Assembly: GCA_025999215.1 (NCBI GenBank)
Contig: AP024679.1
Coordinates: 165,645-229,644 of the forward strand
Direction of reading: 5' to 3'
Origin: Candidatus Dojkabacteria bacterium
Lineage (GTDB): Bacteria; Patescibacteriota; Dojkabacteria; J137
DNA: 64,000 nt
Shown here: positions 18,308 to 29,505 of the stretch, one piece after another
How positions within the stretch are numbered: position 1 is the stretch's first letter
Layout: the number at the start of each line of letters is the position of its first letter
Position numbers and translations under genes: made by a program
The notes under the pieces: generated by a model
What the model was told of the DNA's origin: nothing
Databases searched by the model: none
What the model saw: only the letters and a program-made list of their open reading frames with translations

Positions 18308-19507
18308 TTAATTAAGTTCAAGCCTTGGAATTCGATCAAGATTCTCAAAGCTTGTAACATAAACTCCAATTTTTGGATTGTGTTTTAGTTTTGAATTTAA
18401 TCCCATCAATTTCAAATTTGCAGCAACTCCAATCATTGCACCATTATCTGTTGTGAGTTTTTTTGTGTATGGCTGCCTAAATTTTAGGTTATATTTTCGA
18501 GCAATTGACCGTAAACTACTCCTCACTCTAGCGCTTGCAATTACACCCCCACCGACCCAAATTTCATTTGGATTATATTTATCAATCGCTTTGGTAAGTT
18601 TAATTTTCAACTGTTCTATAGTAACAGCTTCAATGGCACTTGCAAGATTTAAAATCTGCGATTTTGATAATCTCTCTCCAAGATTTGTTTTTGGAGTTAA
18701 GTTGCTTATACTTTCATTTGTTAATTCACAGACTAAATTTAAAAAAGCAGTCTTTAAACCCGAAAAACTCATATTTAAATCGTTAGTTGTAGCCATTGGT
18801 ACAGGTAACTCATAAATGTTTTTCGTATTTTTGTTAACAACACGAAGAATCACTGACTGATGCTTTCTATATGTTTCTATGCATACATTTTTACGATTTA
18901 TTTTTGCAAACTCTGATATAACTGGACCCGCCGGATAACCTAAACCCAAGATTCTTCCACATTTATCAAAAGCTTCTCCACATGCATCATCTAACGTTTT
19001 ACCTACCAATTCATACTTACCCCAATTTTTTACTAATACTATTTCAGTATGTCCACCCGATATCAAAAATCCAAGTGCAGGAAATTTAACTTCTGGCACA
19101 TCATTTGTTTGTTTGTTTGTTTCGGTGTTTGGTTGTGCAAAGCAAGAAAGCAAATGACCTTCCATATGATTAATTGCAATCAATGGCTTGTTGTACCCCT
19201 TAGCTATCTCTTTTGCTTTTTTAATTCCAACTTCAAGCGCTATAGCAAGACCTGGACCTACTGTAACAGCAATTGCATCTAAATTCATAAAATCTAACTT
19301 AGCTCTTTTCATAGCTTCAGCTACAACATTGTCTATCCGTTCTTGGTGTGCAAGTTTAGCAATACTAGGAACCACACCTCCATACTTTTTATGAAACTCA
19401 ATTTGTGATGGAAGAATATTAGACAAAACCGTGGTTCCTCTAACTACAGAACATGAAGTTTCGTCGCATGATGTGTCTATTGCAAGAGTAGTGATCTGAT
19501 TTAACAT
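18308..19507 (-). CDS. tsaD: tRNA threonylcarbamoyltransferase
   Basis: IDTSCDET, GGVVP, VTVGPGL, NHMEGH, ISGGHT, TLDDACGEAFDK, SFSGLKTA, DNGAMIG. Confidence 0.95.
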   Translation of the reverse strand: MLNQITTLAIDTSCDETSCSVVRGTTVLSNILPSQIEFHKKYGGVVPSIAKLAHQERIDNVVAEAMKRAKLDFMNLDAIAVTVGPGLAIALEVGIKKAKEIAKGYNKPLIAINHMEGHLLSCFAQPNTETNKQTNDVPEVKFPALGFLISGGHTEIVLVKNWGKYELVGKTLDDACGEAFDKCGRILGLGYPAGPVISEFAKINRKNVCIETYRKHQSVILRVVNKNTKNIYELPVPMATTNDLNMSFSGLKTAFLNLVCELTNESISNLTPKTNLGERLSKSQILNLASAIEAVTIEQLKIKLTKAIDKYNPNEIWVGGGVIASARVRSSLRSIARKYNLKFRQPYTKKLTTDNGAMIGVAANLKLMGLNSKLKHNPKIGVYVTSFENLDRIPRLELN

Positions 19508-19510
19508 TGA

Positions 19511-20041
19511 TTAATCATTTTCTTTATTTAAAACGTCACTCACAATATTAAAAACTAATTCAGGATAATTATATCTATGAGTAGAGTTTTCAACTACAAA
19601 CTCTGTATAGTCTATGCCTTGTAAAAAATTTTGAACATCTTGGATGCTTCCTAGGGGATCTTTTTCATTTTGAACTACAAAAATTTTTCCTGAATAATTT
19701 TTAAGTCTTGGTAAGTATAGGTTTCGAGTTTTCTCGGTAGCTCTTTTAATTGGCAAGCCCATTAAAAGTAGATATACAGGTTCAAACTGCATCACATCAA
19801 GCAAATTAACAGCAACTCTTGTTCCAATGGATTTAGCAATGATCCCCACTTTATCCCTACCTTTAATTTCAGAAAGCACCAATTCTATTTCTGAATCCAT
19901 ATCAAATTTTAGAGTCTCATCCTGCCAATGCAACCACTCGTGCGCAGTTACCTCTAAATCTTTTTCGCTTAAGAAACTACTAATAGATTTTAATTCTTCA
20001 CGATTTCTGGTTGAATGACCAGGTAAAATTAAATTTAACAT
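19511..20041 (-). CDS. Alpha/beta hydrolase-fold protein
   Basis: ILPG, AKSIG nucleophile elbow, QNEKDP, late His. Confidence 0.65.
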   Translation of the reverse strand: MLNLILPGHSTRNREELKSISSFLSEKDLEVTAHEWLHWQDETLKFDMDSEIELVLSEIKGRDKVGIIAKSIGTRVAVNLLDVMQFEPVYLLLMGLPIKRATEKTRNLYLPRLKNYSGKIFVVQNEKDPLGSIQDVQNFLQGIDYTEFVVENSTHRYNYPELVFNIVSDVLNKEND

Positions 20042-20058
20042 ATACCTTTATTAAAATT

Positions 20059-20670
20059 TTAACTTAAAGCTCTATCATAAAGCTCTGATACAACATCCCA
20101 GTTAACTACATTCCACCATGCATCGATATATTCAGCTCGTCTATTTTGATATTTGAGATAGTAAGCATGCTCCCAGACATCCAAACCTAAAATAGGAACA
20201 TCACCCTTTATCAGTGGAGAGTCTTGGTTTGGAGTTGAGTATAAATCTAGACTAAAATTTTTGTTTACTACAAGCCATGCCCAGCCACTACCAAAATGAG
20301 ATAAAGCTATCCTAGAAAATTCTTCTTTAAAATTGGTAAAACTAGACCATGTTTCATGAATTTTTTCTCTCAAAACACCACTTGGTTCCTTAGCTCCACC
20401 TGGTGTCATAATTTTCCAAAATAAACTATGATTTGCAAAACCTCCACCGTTATTGATAACCGCTTGTCTAATATCTTCAGGTATACTCTCAATATTTCTT
20501 AATATTTCATCAATTGAAAAATTTTCCCATTGAGTGCCTTCTATTGCTGCGTTTAATTTGTCTGTATACCCTTGATGATGTTTATCGTGATGAATTTCCA
20601 TGGTCTGGGCATCAATAAATGGTTCTAGCGCATCAAAATTGTATTGTAATTTTGGAAGTGTAAAACTCAT
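20059..20670 (-). CDS. sodA: Fe/Mn superoxide dismutase (Mn-type signature)
   Basis: [32 protein letters not shown]. Confidence 0.93.
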   Translation of the reverse strand: MSFTLPKLQYNFDALEPFIDAQTMEIHHDKHHQGYTDKLNAAIEGTQWENFSIDEILRNIESIPEDIRQAVINNGGGFANHSLFWKIMTPGGAKEPSGVLREKIHETWSSFTNFKEEFSRIALSHFGSGWAWLVVNKNFSLDLYSTPNQDSPLIKGDVPILGLDVWEHAYYLKYQNRRAEYIDAWWNVVNWDVVSELYDRALS

Positions 20671-20774
20671 AAAAAATTATTTAAAAAGTAAGATTACATG
20701 AAACAAAGAAGCGCTTTTTATGTTTTGGGTTTTAAAAATTTTTAGCATTTACTAAATTTAGTATATCATAAATT

Positions 20775-21635
20775 ATGAGAAATTTAATTGAACAGCAAAA
20801 AAACTTTATGAATACCATAATTACCATTAAAGTTGTTCAAATTGATCAACATACTGTTCAAATTTTAGATACAATTGAAGAGGCTTTTTATGAATTTGAT
20901 AGAGTGGTTAAAAAATTTACTAGATTCAACGAAGATAGTGAGCTTACAAACTTAAATAGGCAGGCAGGAGATTGGGTAAAGGTAAGTCGTGAATTTTTTG
21001 ACTTGATAAAATTCATGCTTGAAATGTTTAAGCAAACAAGTGGTTTTTTTGACCCGACAATTATAGATTTTTTAGAAACTTATGGATACGATCCGAATTA
21101 TAACTTTTCTAAACTAGAAAACCCTAATTTACCAAAAGAAATTTTAAACATTGCCAAGAAAAGACCTAGTTTTAACGAAATATCTCTTGATGAAAAAAAT
21201 TTAAAAGTTAAACTAAAACCAAAGCAAAGAATCGATCTTGGCGCAATAGGAAAAGGCTGGGCAATGGATTTAGCTTCTCAAAAAATTAAAAAAGTCAGTG
21301 GCGATTTTTTGATTGATGCAGGAGGCGATGTTATCGCTTACGGCAAAAACGCTTTGTCAAAACCTTGGAATGTAACATTAAAATCAAAAAATCGCGAAAT
21401 AGGTACTATTAATCTTCAAAATCAAGCTATAGCGAGTAGTGGCAATTGGGCAAGAAAAGTAAAGTTTTTTCATCATTTAATTAATCCTTTTACCGGGCAA
21501 CCTGTTGAAACCAACTATGACACGGTTTTCGTAGTTGCGCAAACATCTCTAGTTGCTGATGCTTGGGCTACTGCGCTTTTTGTAGGAGGGCCAAAAACAA
21601 AATGTCCTGATGATATATTTGTAAAATTTACTTAG
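20775..21635 (+). CDS. apbE: FAD:protein FMN transferase
   Basis: FDPT, DLGAIGKG, DAGGD, ASSG, HLINPFTG, ADAWATA. Confidence 0.92.
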   Translation: MRNLIEQQKNFMNTIITIKVVQIDQHTVQILDTIEEAFYEFDRVVKKFTRFNEDSELTNLNRQAGDWVKVSREFFDLIKFMLEMFKQTSGFFDPTIIDFLETYGYDPNYNFSKLENPNLPKEILNIAKKRPSFNEISLDEKNLKVKLKPKQRIDLGAIGKGWAMDLASQKIKKVSGDFLIDAGGDVIAYGKNALSKPWNVTLKSKNREIGTINLQNQAIASSGNWARKVKFFHHLINPFTGQPVETNYDTVFVVAQTSLVADAWATALFVGGPKTKCPDDIFVKFT

Positions 21636-22122
21636 GCTCCAATTTGGATTTGCGTCCCAAATAACTCTCAAAAAGATATTCTAGAATTATTGCTATCACG
21701 AAGGTAAGAAGTAGAGCCGGAAATTCTACAGCTTGTAATTTAAAATAAAAAAACAAAACCAAAGCTACCAAAAACACAATGCTTCTTCTGAACGCTAAGG
21801 AGTAGTTTGGAGGATCAATCAAAGTCTTAAAAAAAAGTTTATCAATAATGAGATGTAAAGATAAAAACACAGAAACGATACTTAAATTTAAACACGCTAA
21901 AGCAAGATAGGCGTTAGTAGAAAGATATTCAAAAACTAAACCTTTTTCTATTATGAAACTGATTTCTGCTTGCAATAAGTTTTTTTCATTAGGTTCAATT
22001 TCTCGAAATTCTATAATTTCCTGTAACTTTTCTTGTTTAAAAGGTGATTCGTACGAATAAAAATAGTAAGTTAACCCTGCAAAAAAAATTCCTAAAATAA
22101 AACTTATTAAAGATAATTTCAT
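21628..22122 (-). CDS. Hypothetical membrane protein
   Basis: 164 aa with about 4 hydrophobic segments. Confidence 0.7.
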   Translation of the reverse strand: MKLSLISFILGIFFAGLTYYFYSYESPFKQEKLQEIIEFREIEPNEKNLLQAEISFIIEKGLVFEYLSTNAYLALACLNLSIVSVFLSLHLIIDKLFFKTLIDPPNYSLAFRRSIVFLVALVLFFYFKLQAVEFPALLLTFVIAIILEYLFESYLGRKSKLEPK

Positions 22123-22173
22123 CTATCGTAGTTTAAAATCATTACCAAGTTTGGAAGTTTTAAAAAATTATTT

Positions 22174-23127
22174 CTATTTCTTTCTTTTTATTAAATTGGT
22201 CCAAACTTCATTTACTATGGTTCTTTGTTTCGACTGCATAACAGTAAGTTCTAACTGTTTTTTTATTTCTTCAATATCACCATTTTTAAAATTTTCTGCG
22301 AGTTTTTTTATAATCTCTTCAATTCTTTCATCATAAGTTTTTACATTTTTTACCAGGCTTTTAAGCTTTGATACATCCAAAATCGTATCTACCCTTCTAT
22401 TTGGAGTAATTTTATCTAATTCTTCTTTTGATATTTTTTCAATAGGTAACTCTGGTAAAACATATTTTTTCAAGAGCTTTGCAATTTTGTAAGGAGTAGT
22501 GTAACCCTCATTTGCAATATTCAAAATTCCTACCGGCTTTTTCTCAATAAGTTGTAGTGTCCAATCCATTAAATCCTCAATCACTGTACCAGTATTTGGT
22601 GTATCTACAAATTTAGTAAAAGTTAAAAACTTAATTAACATGTTTTTGTAATTAATTTGTGCAGAAACTGGCTGACGAGGTCTCAAAATTAAATACTTGA
22701 AATTAGGAGATTTTTTCAATTGAATAAGCTGCTCTGCCCAAACTTTTGTCAATGAGTAATAAGCAGCAGGCTTAGGTTCAGAATCTTCTTTTTTCCAATC
22801 ATTCTCATCTTTACTTTCAAAGATACACCCACTTGACAAATGAATGAAGTAAATACCTTTTTTGTCACAAACTTGAGCGATATTATCAGCGCCTAAAACA
22901 TTTACATTAAAAGCTTCAAGCCGATTTTTATCGCACCATTCAAGATTTGTTTTAGCTGCAGTATTTATTACTACAGTGGGATCAAATTCCTCAATAGATT
23001 TAGTTACTTCTTCAATGTTTGTTATGTCAGCTTTTGAAATTTTTGATGTTATATTTTTACTTTTAAAGTAATCGTTATAAAAATTACCTATCTGTCCGTT
23101 TCCGAATATCAAAATTTTTTCTTTCAT
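22174..23127 (-). CDS. RmlD-like NAD(P)-dependent sugar epimerase/reductase
   Basis: ILIFGNGQIG, INTAAKT, VNVLG, HLSSGCIF, YSLTK. Confidence 0.8.
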   Translation of the reverse strand: MKEKILIFGNGQIGNFYNDYFKSKNITSKISKADITNIEEVTKSIEEFDPTVVINTAAKTNLEWCDKNRLEAFNVNVLGADNIAQVCDKKGIYFIHLSSGCIFESKDENDWKKEDSEPKPAAYYSLTKVWAEQLIQLKKSPNFKYLILRPRQPVSAQINYKNMLIKFLTFTKFVDTPNTGTVIEDLMDWTLQLIEKKPVGILNIANEGYTTPYKIAKLLKKYVLPELPIEKISKEELDKITPNRRVDTILDVSKLKSLVKNVKTYDERIEEIIKKLAENFKNGDIEEIKKQLELTVMQSKQRTIVNEVWTNLIKRKK

Positions 23128-23251
23128 TGAAATTATCTAAAAATTACAATCAACTCAGTATAGCAAAATTTATTTTCTATTAGAATTTTAGAATTAAAGT
23201 TTTATTTAAATTCCCTTTTTAAAAACTTTGTAAAATTGTATAATTGAATTG

Positions 23252-24019
23252 ATGTCAGATATTATCGAAAAACAACAAGATGGTGTGAGAGAAATCTCAA
23301 GACCTTTTGAAGAGACAGAAAAAGCACAGGAGCCCCAGAAAGTTGTTGAAAAAATTGTTTATGTGGAGAAGAAAGGTGGTTTTTTTACAAACCTTAGAAA
23401 AAAAATAACATATTTTGTAATTATTCCTTTGATATTTTTTTGTTTTCTTTTATTTTATATATCTCTTACACAAACAGATCCTTTTTGGGGAGTAATAGTC
23501 AAGTTTTTAAATCAAGGTCCTACATACGAAAAAGTGGAGACTAATTTAAATTTTGAAGATGTGAAGAATAATGTTGAAACTCAAATTGGCGGTTTTGGTG
23601 AAAATGTTATCACACTAAACAATACCGAAATGACTGTGTTAGCAAGAAAATTTTTGCAAGATTCTCCCAATCTAACCGTTAGCGCAAACGATGGAGTACT
23701 GAGAATATATAAAGAATTGACTAGTCAACCTAACCGTGAGCAATTACTGGCTAGAGTTGATATAAAAACTGATTCTGAAAATAATCCCTACATTTCCTAC
23801 ATTGGTTTTAACAGAATAGGTTTACCTGAGAATATATCCAAAGAACTTTTTAATTTTTTACTGCCTTTGTTCAAATTTTCACTCAAAACTGAATCTCCAA
23901 AAGAAATGCTAACTTTTATTCTAACAGGAAATCAAAATAATATAATTGATGAAATAACCTTTGAGGAAGGTTATGCTAACATTACTCTAAATGTGACATT
24001 GAATATCTTTGCACAATGA
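23252..24019 (+). CDS. Hypothetical single-pass membrane protein
   Basis: One TM helix near residue 55-75; overlaps holA start. Confidence 0.7.
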   Translation: MSDIIEKQQDGVREISRPFEETEKAQEPQKVVEKIVYVEKKGGFFTNLRKKITYFVIIPLIFFCFLLFYISLTQTDPFWGVIVKFLNQGPTYEKVETNLNFEDVKNNVETQIGGFGENVITLNNTEMTVLARKFLQDSPNLTVSANDGVLRIYKELTSQPNREQLLARVDIKTDSENNPYISYIGFNRIGLPENISKELFNFLLPLFKFSLKTESPKEMLTFILTGNQNNIIDEITFEEGYANITLNVTLNIFAQ

Positions 24020-24906
24020 TACACATTTATCACGGATCTGACACATTTGAATCTTACCACCAAGCTGTTAATAAATTGAAAAAATTAGGCGGCGCTTTAA
24101 CTTCTGATTTTGTAATCAATTGCGATGAGATTGATCTTGAAACTTTTATTCAAAAAATTGAGGGTGTAAGTCTTTTTTCGAGCTTAAGAATTTTTTTCTT
24201 AAAAAGACTTTTTAGCAATTCTATAATTGAAAAATATATAACAGATAACTATGAAACTTTAAAAGCTCTTGATATCGTAATTTGGGAAGATAAAAAAATT
24301 AAGTCTTCCAACAAACTTTTAAAACTTTCATCATTGAGCGCCTCTCTAAACTTTTTTGAAGCACCAAAAAATTACAAGATGGAAAATTGGATCAAATCTC
24401 GCGCTCTAAAATACGAAATAAAGCTAAAAAACAACGAAGCTCAAATTTTACTTACTCAAAGTAATTTTAATAAATGGATTATTGATCAAGAATTACAAAA
24501 AATTGCTTTAGCTCAAGGTTTGGGCTTACAAGTTGATGAAATAATTAGTAACGCAGAAAATTTCGATATATGGGAGTTTTTAGAAAATTTTTCATCACGA
24601 AATGTAAAAAAAATATATTCCTCGTTAAATAAATTAATCAATACTGCAGAAATTCAGTTAATTATAAGCATGATAAGAAGAGAGCTTTTTTTATTAACAA
24701 GCGTTAAACTTGCTCAAAATGAAAATGATCTTAAAACTTTAGGTATTCATCCGTTTGTTCTTAAAAAAATGCGAAACAAGGAAAAAAATTTTACATATCA
24801 AGAATTGTGCGCTTTTACAAAATCACTACTTAATCTTGATTACGCTATTAAAAATGGAGAGATAGACCCAAAACATGGTCTAATACTATTTTTACAACTT
24901 CTATAA
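24016..24906 (+). CDS. holA: DNA polymerase III delta subunit
   Basis: MIHIYHGSD, SLFS, ELQK, GIHPFV..K, LDYAIKNG. Confidence 0.85.
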   Translation: MIHIYHGSDTFESYHQAVNKLKKLGGALTSDFVINCDEIDLETFIQKIEGVSLFSSLRIFFLKRLFSNSIIEKYITDNYETLKALDIVIWEDKKIKSSNKLLKLSSLSASLNFFEAPKNYKMENWIKSRALKYEIKLKNNEAQILLTQSNFNKWIIDQELQKIALAQGLGLQVDEIISNAENFDIWEFLENFSSRNVKKIYSSLNKLINTAEIQLIISMIRRELFLLTSVKLAQNENDLKTLGIHPFVLKKMRNKEKNFTYQELCAFTKSLLNLDYAIKNGEIDPKHGLILFLQLL

Positions 24907-24936
24907 TCGTTTGGGTTTTTAAGTTATAATGAATTT

Positions 24937-26133
24937 ATGAGAAAGCTTTTGTTTTTACTATTGGTTTTGTTGTTATTGCCAAAAGAAGTAAACTCTGCAA
25001 CTCTTAAAAAAGTTGAAGATTTATCTTTGGATACATCTATAATCTCTGAACAGCTAACCTACACCACACCCGACTCAATCATCGTGGCACCAATTTTTGC
25101 TCCTAGAGAATTAAATATTAGCCCAATAGAAAGATATAGAGGAATTTTTCACTATCTAATCGATAGATTAGGCTACAATGATCTACCTTTCCACTATGTT
25201 GTTACCCCAGAAGGCGAATTGATAGAAGGAAATACTCATGGAGACGAAGCGAAGGTGGTTATTGATAATTTTGATAAAAACCCTGTTGTAGTTGCATACA
25301 TTGCCAATCAGTATTCTAACCAATTTGATGATAGATCAATGCAAAATCTTAAAGAACTAGTATCATCCATTGCCAACACGAACTCAATAAATGAGAATAA
25401 TATATTTGTTAAAGAAATTGTATTTACAAGAAAAAGAGATACCAGAACAGTTAGTATCAAAATAAAGGATCTTTTTGGTACTTGGAATTCTCAAGCCGAT
25501 GAAATTAAGTTATTTGTAGCTTCAAATTTTTCACCTGAAAGCAAGCCTTACAGTGTAGAGGTAACAAGTGTTCAAGTTCCTCAACAAACTCTCACTCCTG
25601 GCGAGATAGTTAATGTGTCTATTACTGTTAAAAATACAGGTGATTATGGTTTGTACGCTTTTACAAACTCTGAACTATTTTTAACAAAATCTGACGAAAC
25701 ACCAAGCAAATTTTATGTAAATAATGAGTGGGAGAGTAGATCTCAAGTTTCTATTTTTAAAGAAAATGAAAATTTATTACCAGGTGAGGAAAAAACTTTT
25801 GTTGTACCTATTTTTGTGCCGCTAAATTTAGGAGAAGTAAAAGAAACTTTCAAATTCAAAACTGCTATTGGTAGCCTTGTAAATTCAAATGAGTTTGAAA
25901 TAAAAATTAATGTTGGAGAATCTGACAAAAAAATAGTAGAGGTAAGAGATCGAGGTTTTAGCTACTATCCAGTTTATTCAAATCCCAACAACGCCACAAA
26001 CGAAATTTATAGGGCAGTTGCTGGAGAGAGGTTTTTCTTTCTACAAGATTTAGGGAATGGTTGGTATCAAATAGATCTTGGAAATGGTCAAACTGGATGG
26101 ATAGCTTTTTGGAATGTTAGTTTTATTAACTAA
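24937..26133 (+). CDS. Secreted amidase_2/PGRP-like domain plus Ig-like domain plus SH3b-like domain protein
   Basis: Signal peptide; GYNDLPFHYVVTPEG...EG; V.VKNTG...PGE..TF; GWYQI..GNGQTGWI. Confidence 0.65.
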   Translation: MRKLLFLLLVLLLLPKEVNSATLKKVEDLSLDTSIISEQLTYTTPDSIIVAPIFAPRELNISPIERYRGIFHYLIDRLGYNDLPFHYVVTPEGELIEGNTHGDEAKVVIDNFDKNPVVVAYIANQYSNQFDDRSMQNLKELVSSIANTNSINENNIFVKEIVFTRKRDTRTVSIKIKDLFGTWNSQADEIKLFVASNFSPESKPYSVEVTSVQVPQQTLTPGEIVNVSITVKNTGDYGLYAFTNSELFLTKSDETPSKFYVNNEWESRSQVSIFKENENLLPGEEKTFVVPIFVPLNLGEVKETFKFKTAIGSLVNSNEFEIKINVGESDKKIVEVRDRGFSYYPVYSNPNNATNEIYRAVAGERFFFLQDLGNGWYQIDLGNGQTGWIAFWNVSFIN

Positions 26134-27379
26134 CCAATATTTTATGAATTCCTTCTGCAATTCTCTTTGCTATTTTGGGTGAAATGTTTATTGATGTTGG
26201 AAGGTTAAGTACTCTTTGGCACTTTTCTAATGTAGTTGGCACATCTGTTGGATTAAATTTATTTTTTTCAAAAGCTTTTTTAGTCACATTGCTTGCATAC
26301 AAGGGAGTTTTGTACCAATCTCCTATGAAAACATTTTGTGATCTACAAAAAGAAATAATTTGAGCTTTTTTTTGATTATCTTTAATTGAAATTGGGTATC
26401 GAAGCCAAACTCTAGTCAGAGAAAACTCATTATAGTCAGAATAATTTTTGAGGTATTTATCATAAATTAGCGCTATCTTTTGTCTATGTTCATTTAATTT
26501 CTCTAACTTTTGTAATTGATTTATACCTAAAATGCTCAAAGTAGGTGAAATTTTAGAAGGCAAGTTAGAAGGTTTCTCGCCAATTAACTCTTCTTTGGTT
26601 ATTATTCGTCCTAGGATTTTCGTTTTGAAAGCAATAAACCTTATCGCACCACCAAGGCTCAAGTTTCCAAATCTAACTGAATATAGCGGCAAAACTAAAT
26701 TCCAAAATATAGGATTAATTAAATTTATAAAAGCCTGAGAAGTTTTATAATTTGGAAGATTTTTAGTATTTTCCTCCATTAGCTTGTTAATATTCTCATC
26801 ATTCGTAATTATAGCCCCGCCTCTTACACAAGAAATGACTTTTTCTATTCCAAAAGTTAAAACAGCCAAATCTCCAATAAGTTTATTTTGAGAACTAAGA
26901 GTGTGCGCCCAATCCTCAATAATTAAAATATTTTTTGGAATTTGTGATTTTAATAATTTAACATCAACAATCTTACCAAAAGTGTGTTGAACAAAAATTG
27001 CTTTAGTCTTTGGCGTAATTTTATTTTTTAAATCTGTAAAGTCGCTATTAAAATCGCTTTTTGATGTATCAAGAAAAATAGGTGTCGCCCCGGTCCACGA
27101 TACTGCATTTGCAACCACCAAGCAAGTAAAAGAGGGTAGTATTACTTCATCACCTTCTCCTATGCCCAGAGATTTAAGCGTAACATAAATTCCGCTTCGC
27201 CCAGAGTCAAAAGTGTGCACGTACGCTACATTTAATTTTTCTTTTATTTTTTGTTCAAACTTTTCAATCCATAGCTTCCTATTCCAATTCCAAGGCGTTA
27301 AAAATACTTTCACTGCAGTAAAAAAATCATCTTTCTCGGTATTTGGAGAAGCTGAAATAAAAACGGCTTTTTTCATCAT
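26126..27379 (-). CDS. DegT/DnrJ/EryC1/StrS PLP aminotransferase
   Basis: SGR, GDEVILPSFTC, QHTFG, IEDWAH, TFGIEK, RGG. Confidence 0.88.
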   Translation of the reverse strand: MMKKAVFISASPNTEKDDFFTAVKVFLTPWNWNRKLWIEKFEQKIKEKLNVAYVHTFDSGRSGIYVTLKSLGIGEGDEVILPSFTCLVVANAVSWTGATPIFLDTSKSDFNSDFTDLKNKITPKTKAIFVQHTFGKIVDVKLLKSQIPKNILIIEDWAHTLSSQNKLIGDLAVLTFGIEKVISCVRGGAIITNDENINKLMEENTKNLPNYKTSQAFINLINPIFWNLVLPLYSVRFGNLSLGGAIRFIAFKTKILGRIITKEELIGEKPSNLPSKISPTLSILGINQLQKLEKLNEHRQKIALIYDKYLKNYSDYNEFSLTRVWLRYPISIKDNQKKAQIISFCRSQNVFIGDWYKTPLYASNVTKKAFEKNKFNPTDVPTTLEKCQRVLNLPTSINISPKIAKRIAEGIHKILVS

Positions 27380-28315
27380 TTAATTTTAAATAAAACAAAT
27401 TTTCTAATATTTTCCATTATTCTCAATAAAGTATAAATTTTTCTATTAAAGACAATATCAAATGTATCTACATATTCTATTATTTGTGAATTATCTTTTT
27501 CTACAAAACCTAATTTAAATCGTGTAAATCCGCTATGTTCATCATTTTTCAAACCATATAAATCAAAGTATTTAAAGCCTTTATTTTTAGCCCACAAAAT
27601 GCACTCCCACAACAATTTATAAGCTGGCATAAGGTTTCTGTGTTCCTCACTACTACCTCCATAAAGATAATTTACATAATCCCCATCTAACAACAAAAAC
27701 CACGATGCAAGAGGCTTTGATTTATAATAAGCTGTAGCTATTTTAACAGAGTTGTTTTTTAAACCTAAAAAATAAAGTTTTGAAATATAATCGCTACTTC
27801 TACCAGTGTATTTTTGTCTTTTTACAGTTTCTTGATAAAGATTCAAAAATTCATTAAAAGCTTTTTCACTCTCCGCTATTTTAACTTGCACACCTTTTTT
27901 CTCTGCTAATTTAATGTTGTACCTATGCTTATGTTTCATTTGCTTTAATAAATCATTTTCGGATTTTTCTAGATTAATAATCACTGTTTTGGGAAGTTGA
28001 ATTGGTTCAGATTTTTTAATATTTAACCCATAGTGTTTGAATTTGTTAGTGATTTCTTTAAAATTTGAATATTTATTTTTTGAATCTATCGGATCTACCC
28101 TCAAGTAAGCAATCTTATTATTTTTACAATATTTTATTAAATCTTCATTTAAAATATTGTCTATCTTAACCCTAGGTAAATATCCTATAGTAACAATACT
28201 TGTTGAGTTTTTTGATATAAATATATAACCCATTTACATTAACAACTTTGTTACCAACCAAAGATTTAAAATCTGCCCAAAGTTTTGATTGAAGAAAGCT
28301 TCTTTCTTGTTCCAC
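27376..28315 (-). CDS. FemABX peptidoglycan bridge peptidyltransferase (frameshifted near 28200)
   Basis: Upstream GTG frame gives MEQERSFLQSKLWADFK (FemAB motif); main ORF has RYNIKLAEKKGV, YLYGGS, FDLYG, GFTRFKLGF. Confidence 0.85.
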
Positions 28316-28356
28316 AAAATAATATTAAACTTCAAAATTTTATCACAAAATATTAA

Positions 28357-29505
28357 TTACTCTCTTCTCAAAGGCATTATTAAGTGTAAAAAGTTTTTAT
28401 CTGCTGTATCTTTAAACACAGAAGCTGCTAAAGCTCCCTTGCTCTCAAAAATGATGAATTTACCTGTAACATGGTTTACCAAATCTTGAAGATATCGAAG
28501 GTTGTATGCTGTGTTTAAATCACTAGGACCTTCTGCTTTTTGTATAGCAACAGTAGTTACATTGTTTCCAACTTCTGCAACATTAGCAATTAAACTAATT
28601 TCTGATTTTTCAATATTTACATCCATCAATGTTTTATTTCCAATGTTAATTCTAGCAAAAGTGTTAACTATTTTTATTGCAGCATCCAACTCTGATTTTT
28701 CTACTTCAAAGCTAAAAACATGATCATCGGGAAGAATTCTTTTGTAATCAGGATAAGGACCTTCTAAAAGCCTAATACTAAAGCTGATATCATCAAAAAC
28801 AAAAATTATCTGAGATTTATTCTCACTCAAAAATACATCTAATTTTTCAACATTTTCATGATCTGAAAGAACCTTACTTAATTCTTGTAAAAATCTTGCA
28901 GGTACAATTATTTCTAAATTTTCATCGTTAATTGAAAGGTTTTCTATTTTCGATTTTCTAAGCGATAACCTAAAACTATCTAAGCCCACAAATTCAATTT
29001 CTTGAGCATTTTTATCAATATTAAAAAGACATCCAGTTAATTGGATTTTTCCAACAGACAAATCTGTAGAGCATGCAAACAATACTTTGTTCATTGATAT
29101 CAATAGATCATGTTTGTTGATGGTAAATAAAGGTTCACCCTTAACTTCAGGTAAAACAGGAAACTCGCTACTGTCTATAGTTAAAAAGTCAGCTTCGCTA
29201 GAATTCGTTTTTACATGCAACATGTTTCCCTTTAATTCTATCTCTACATTTTCACCACTCGATGCGGATATAAAATCTGCAATGAATCTTGCAGAAACTG
29301 TGGTTGATCCTTCCTCTTCAACATTGCAAGGTATCCACATATTTATCCCCATATCAAGATTGGTTGCCGAAATATTTATTCCCGAATCTTTAACTTCCAA
29401 AAGCACGTTTGATAAAACTGGAATATTAGGTTTTGAGCTAACAGATCTAGCTGCATAACTCAAAGCCATTCCAAATTTTTTTTGATTTATTTTTGCTTTC
29501 ATCAC
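28357..29505 (-). CDS. dnaN: DNA polymerase III beta clamp
   Basis: IPVLSNVLL, ATNLD, EFP, DSFRL, RLLEGPYPDY, IMPLR. Confidence 0.95.
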   Translation of the reverse strand: MMKAKINQKKFGMALSYAARSVSSKPNIPVLSNVLLEVKDSGINISATNLDMGINMWIPCNVEEEGSTTVSARFIADFISASSGENVEIELKGNMLHVKTNSSEADFLTIDSSEFPVLPEVKGEPLFTINKHDLLISMNKVLFACSTDLSVGKIQLTGCLFNIDKNAQEIEFVGLDSFRLSLRKSKIENLSINDENLEIIVPARFLQELSKVLSDHENVEKLDVFLSENKSQIIFVFDDISFSIRLLEGPYPDYKRILPDDHVFSFEVEKSELDAAIKIVNTFARINIGNKTLMDVNIEKSEISLIANVAEVGNNVTTVAIQKAEGPSDLNTAYNLRYLQDLVNHVTGKFIIFESKGALAASVFKDTADKNFLHLIMPLRRE

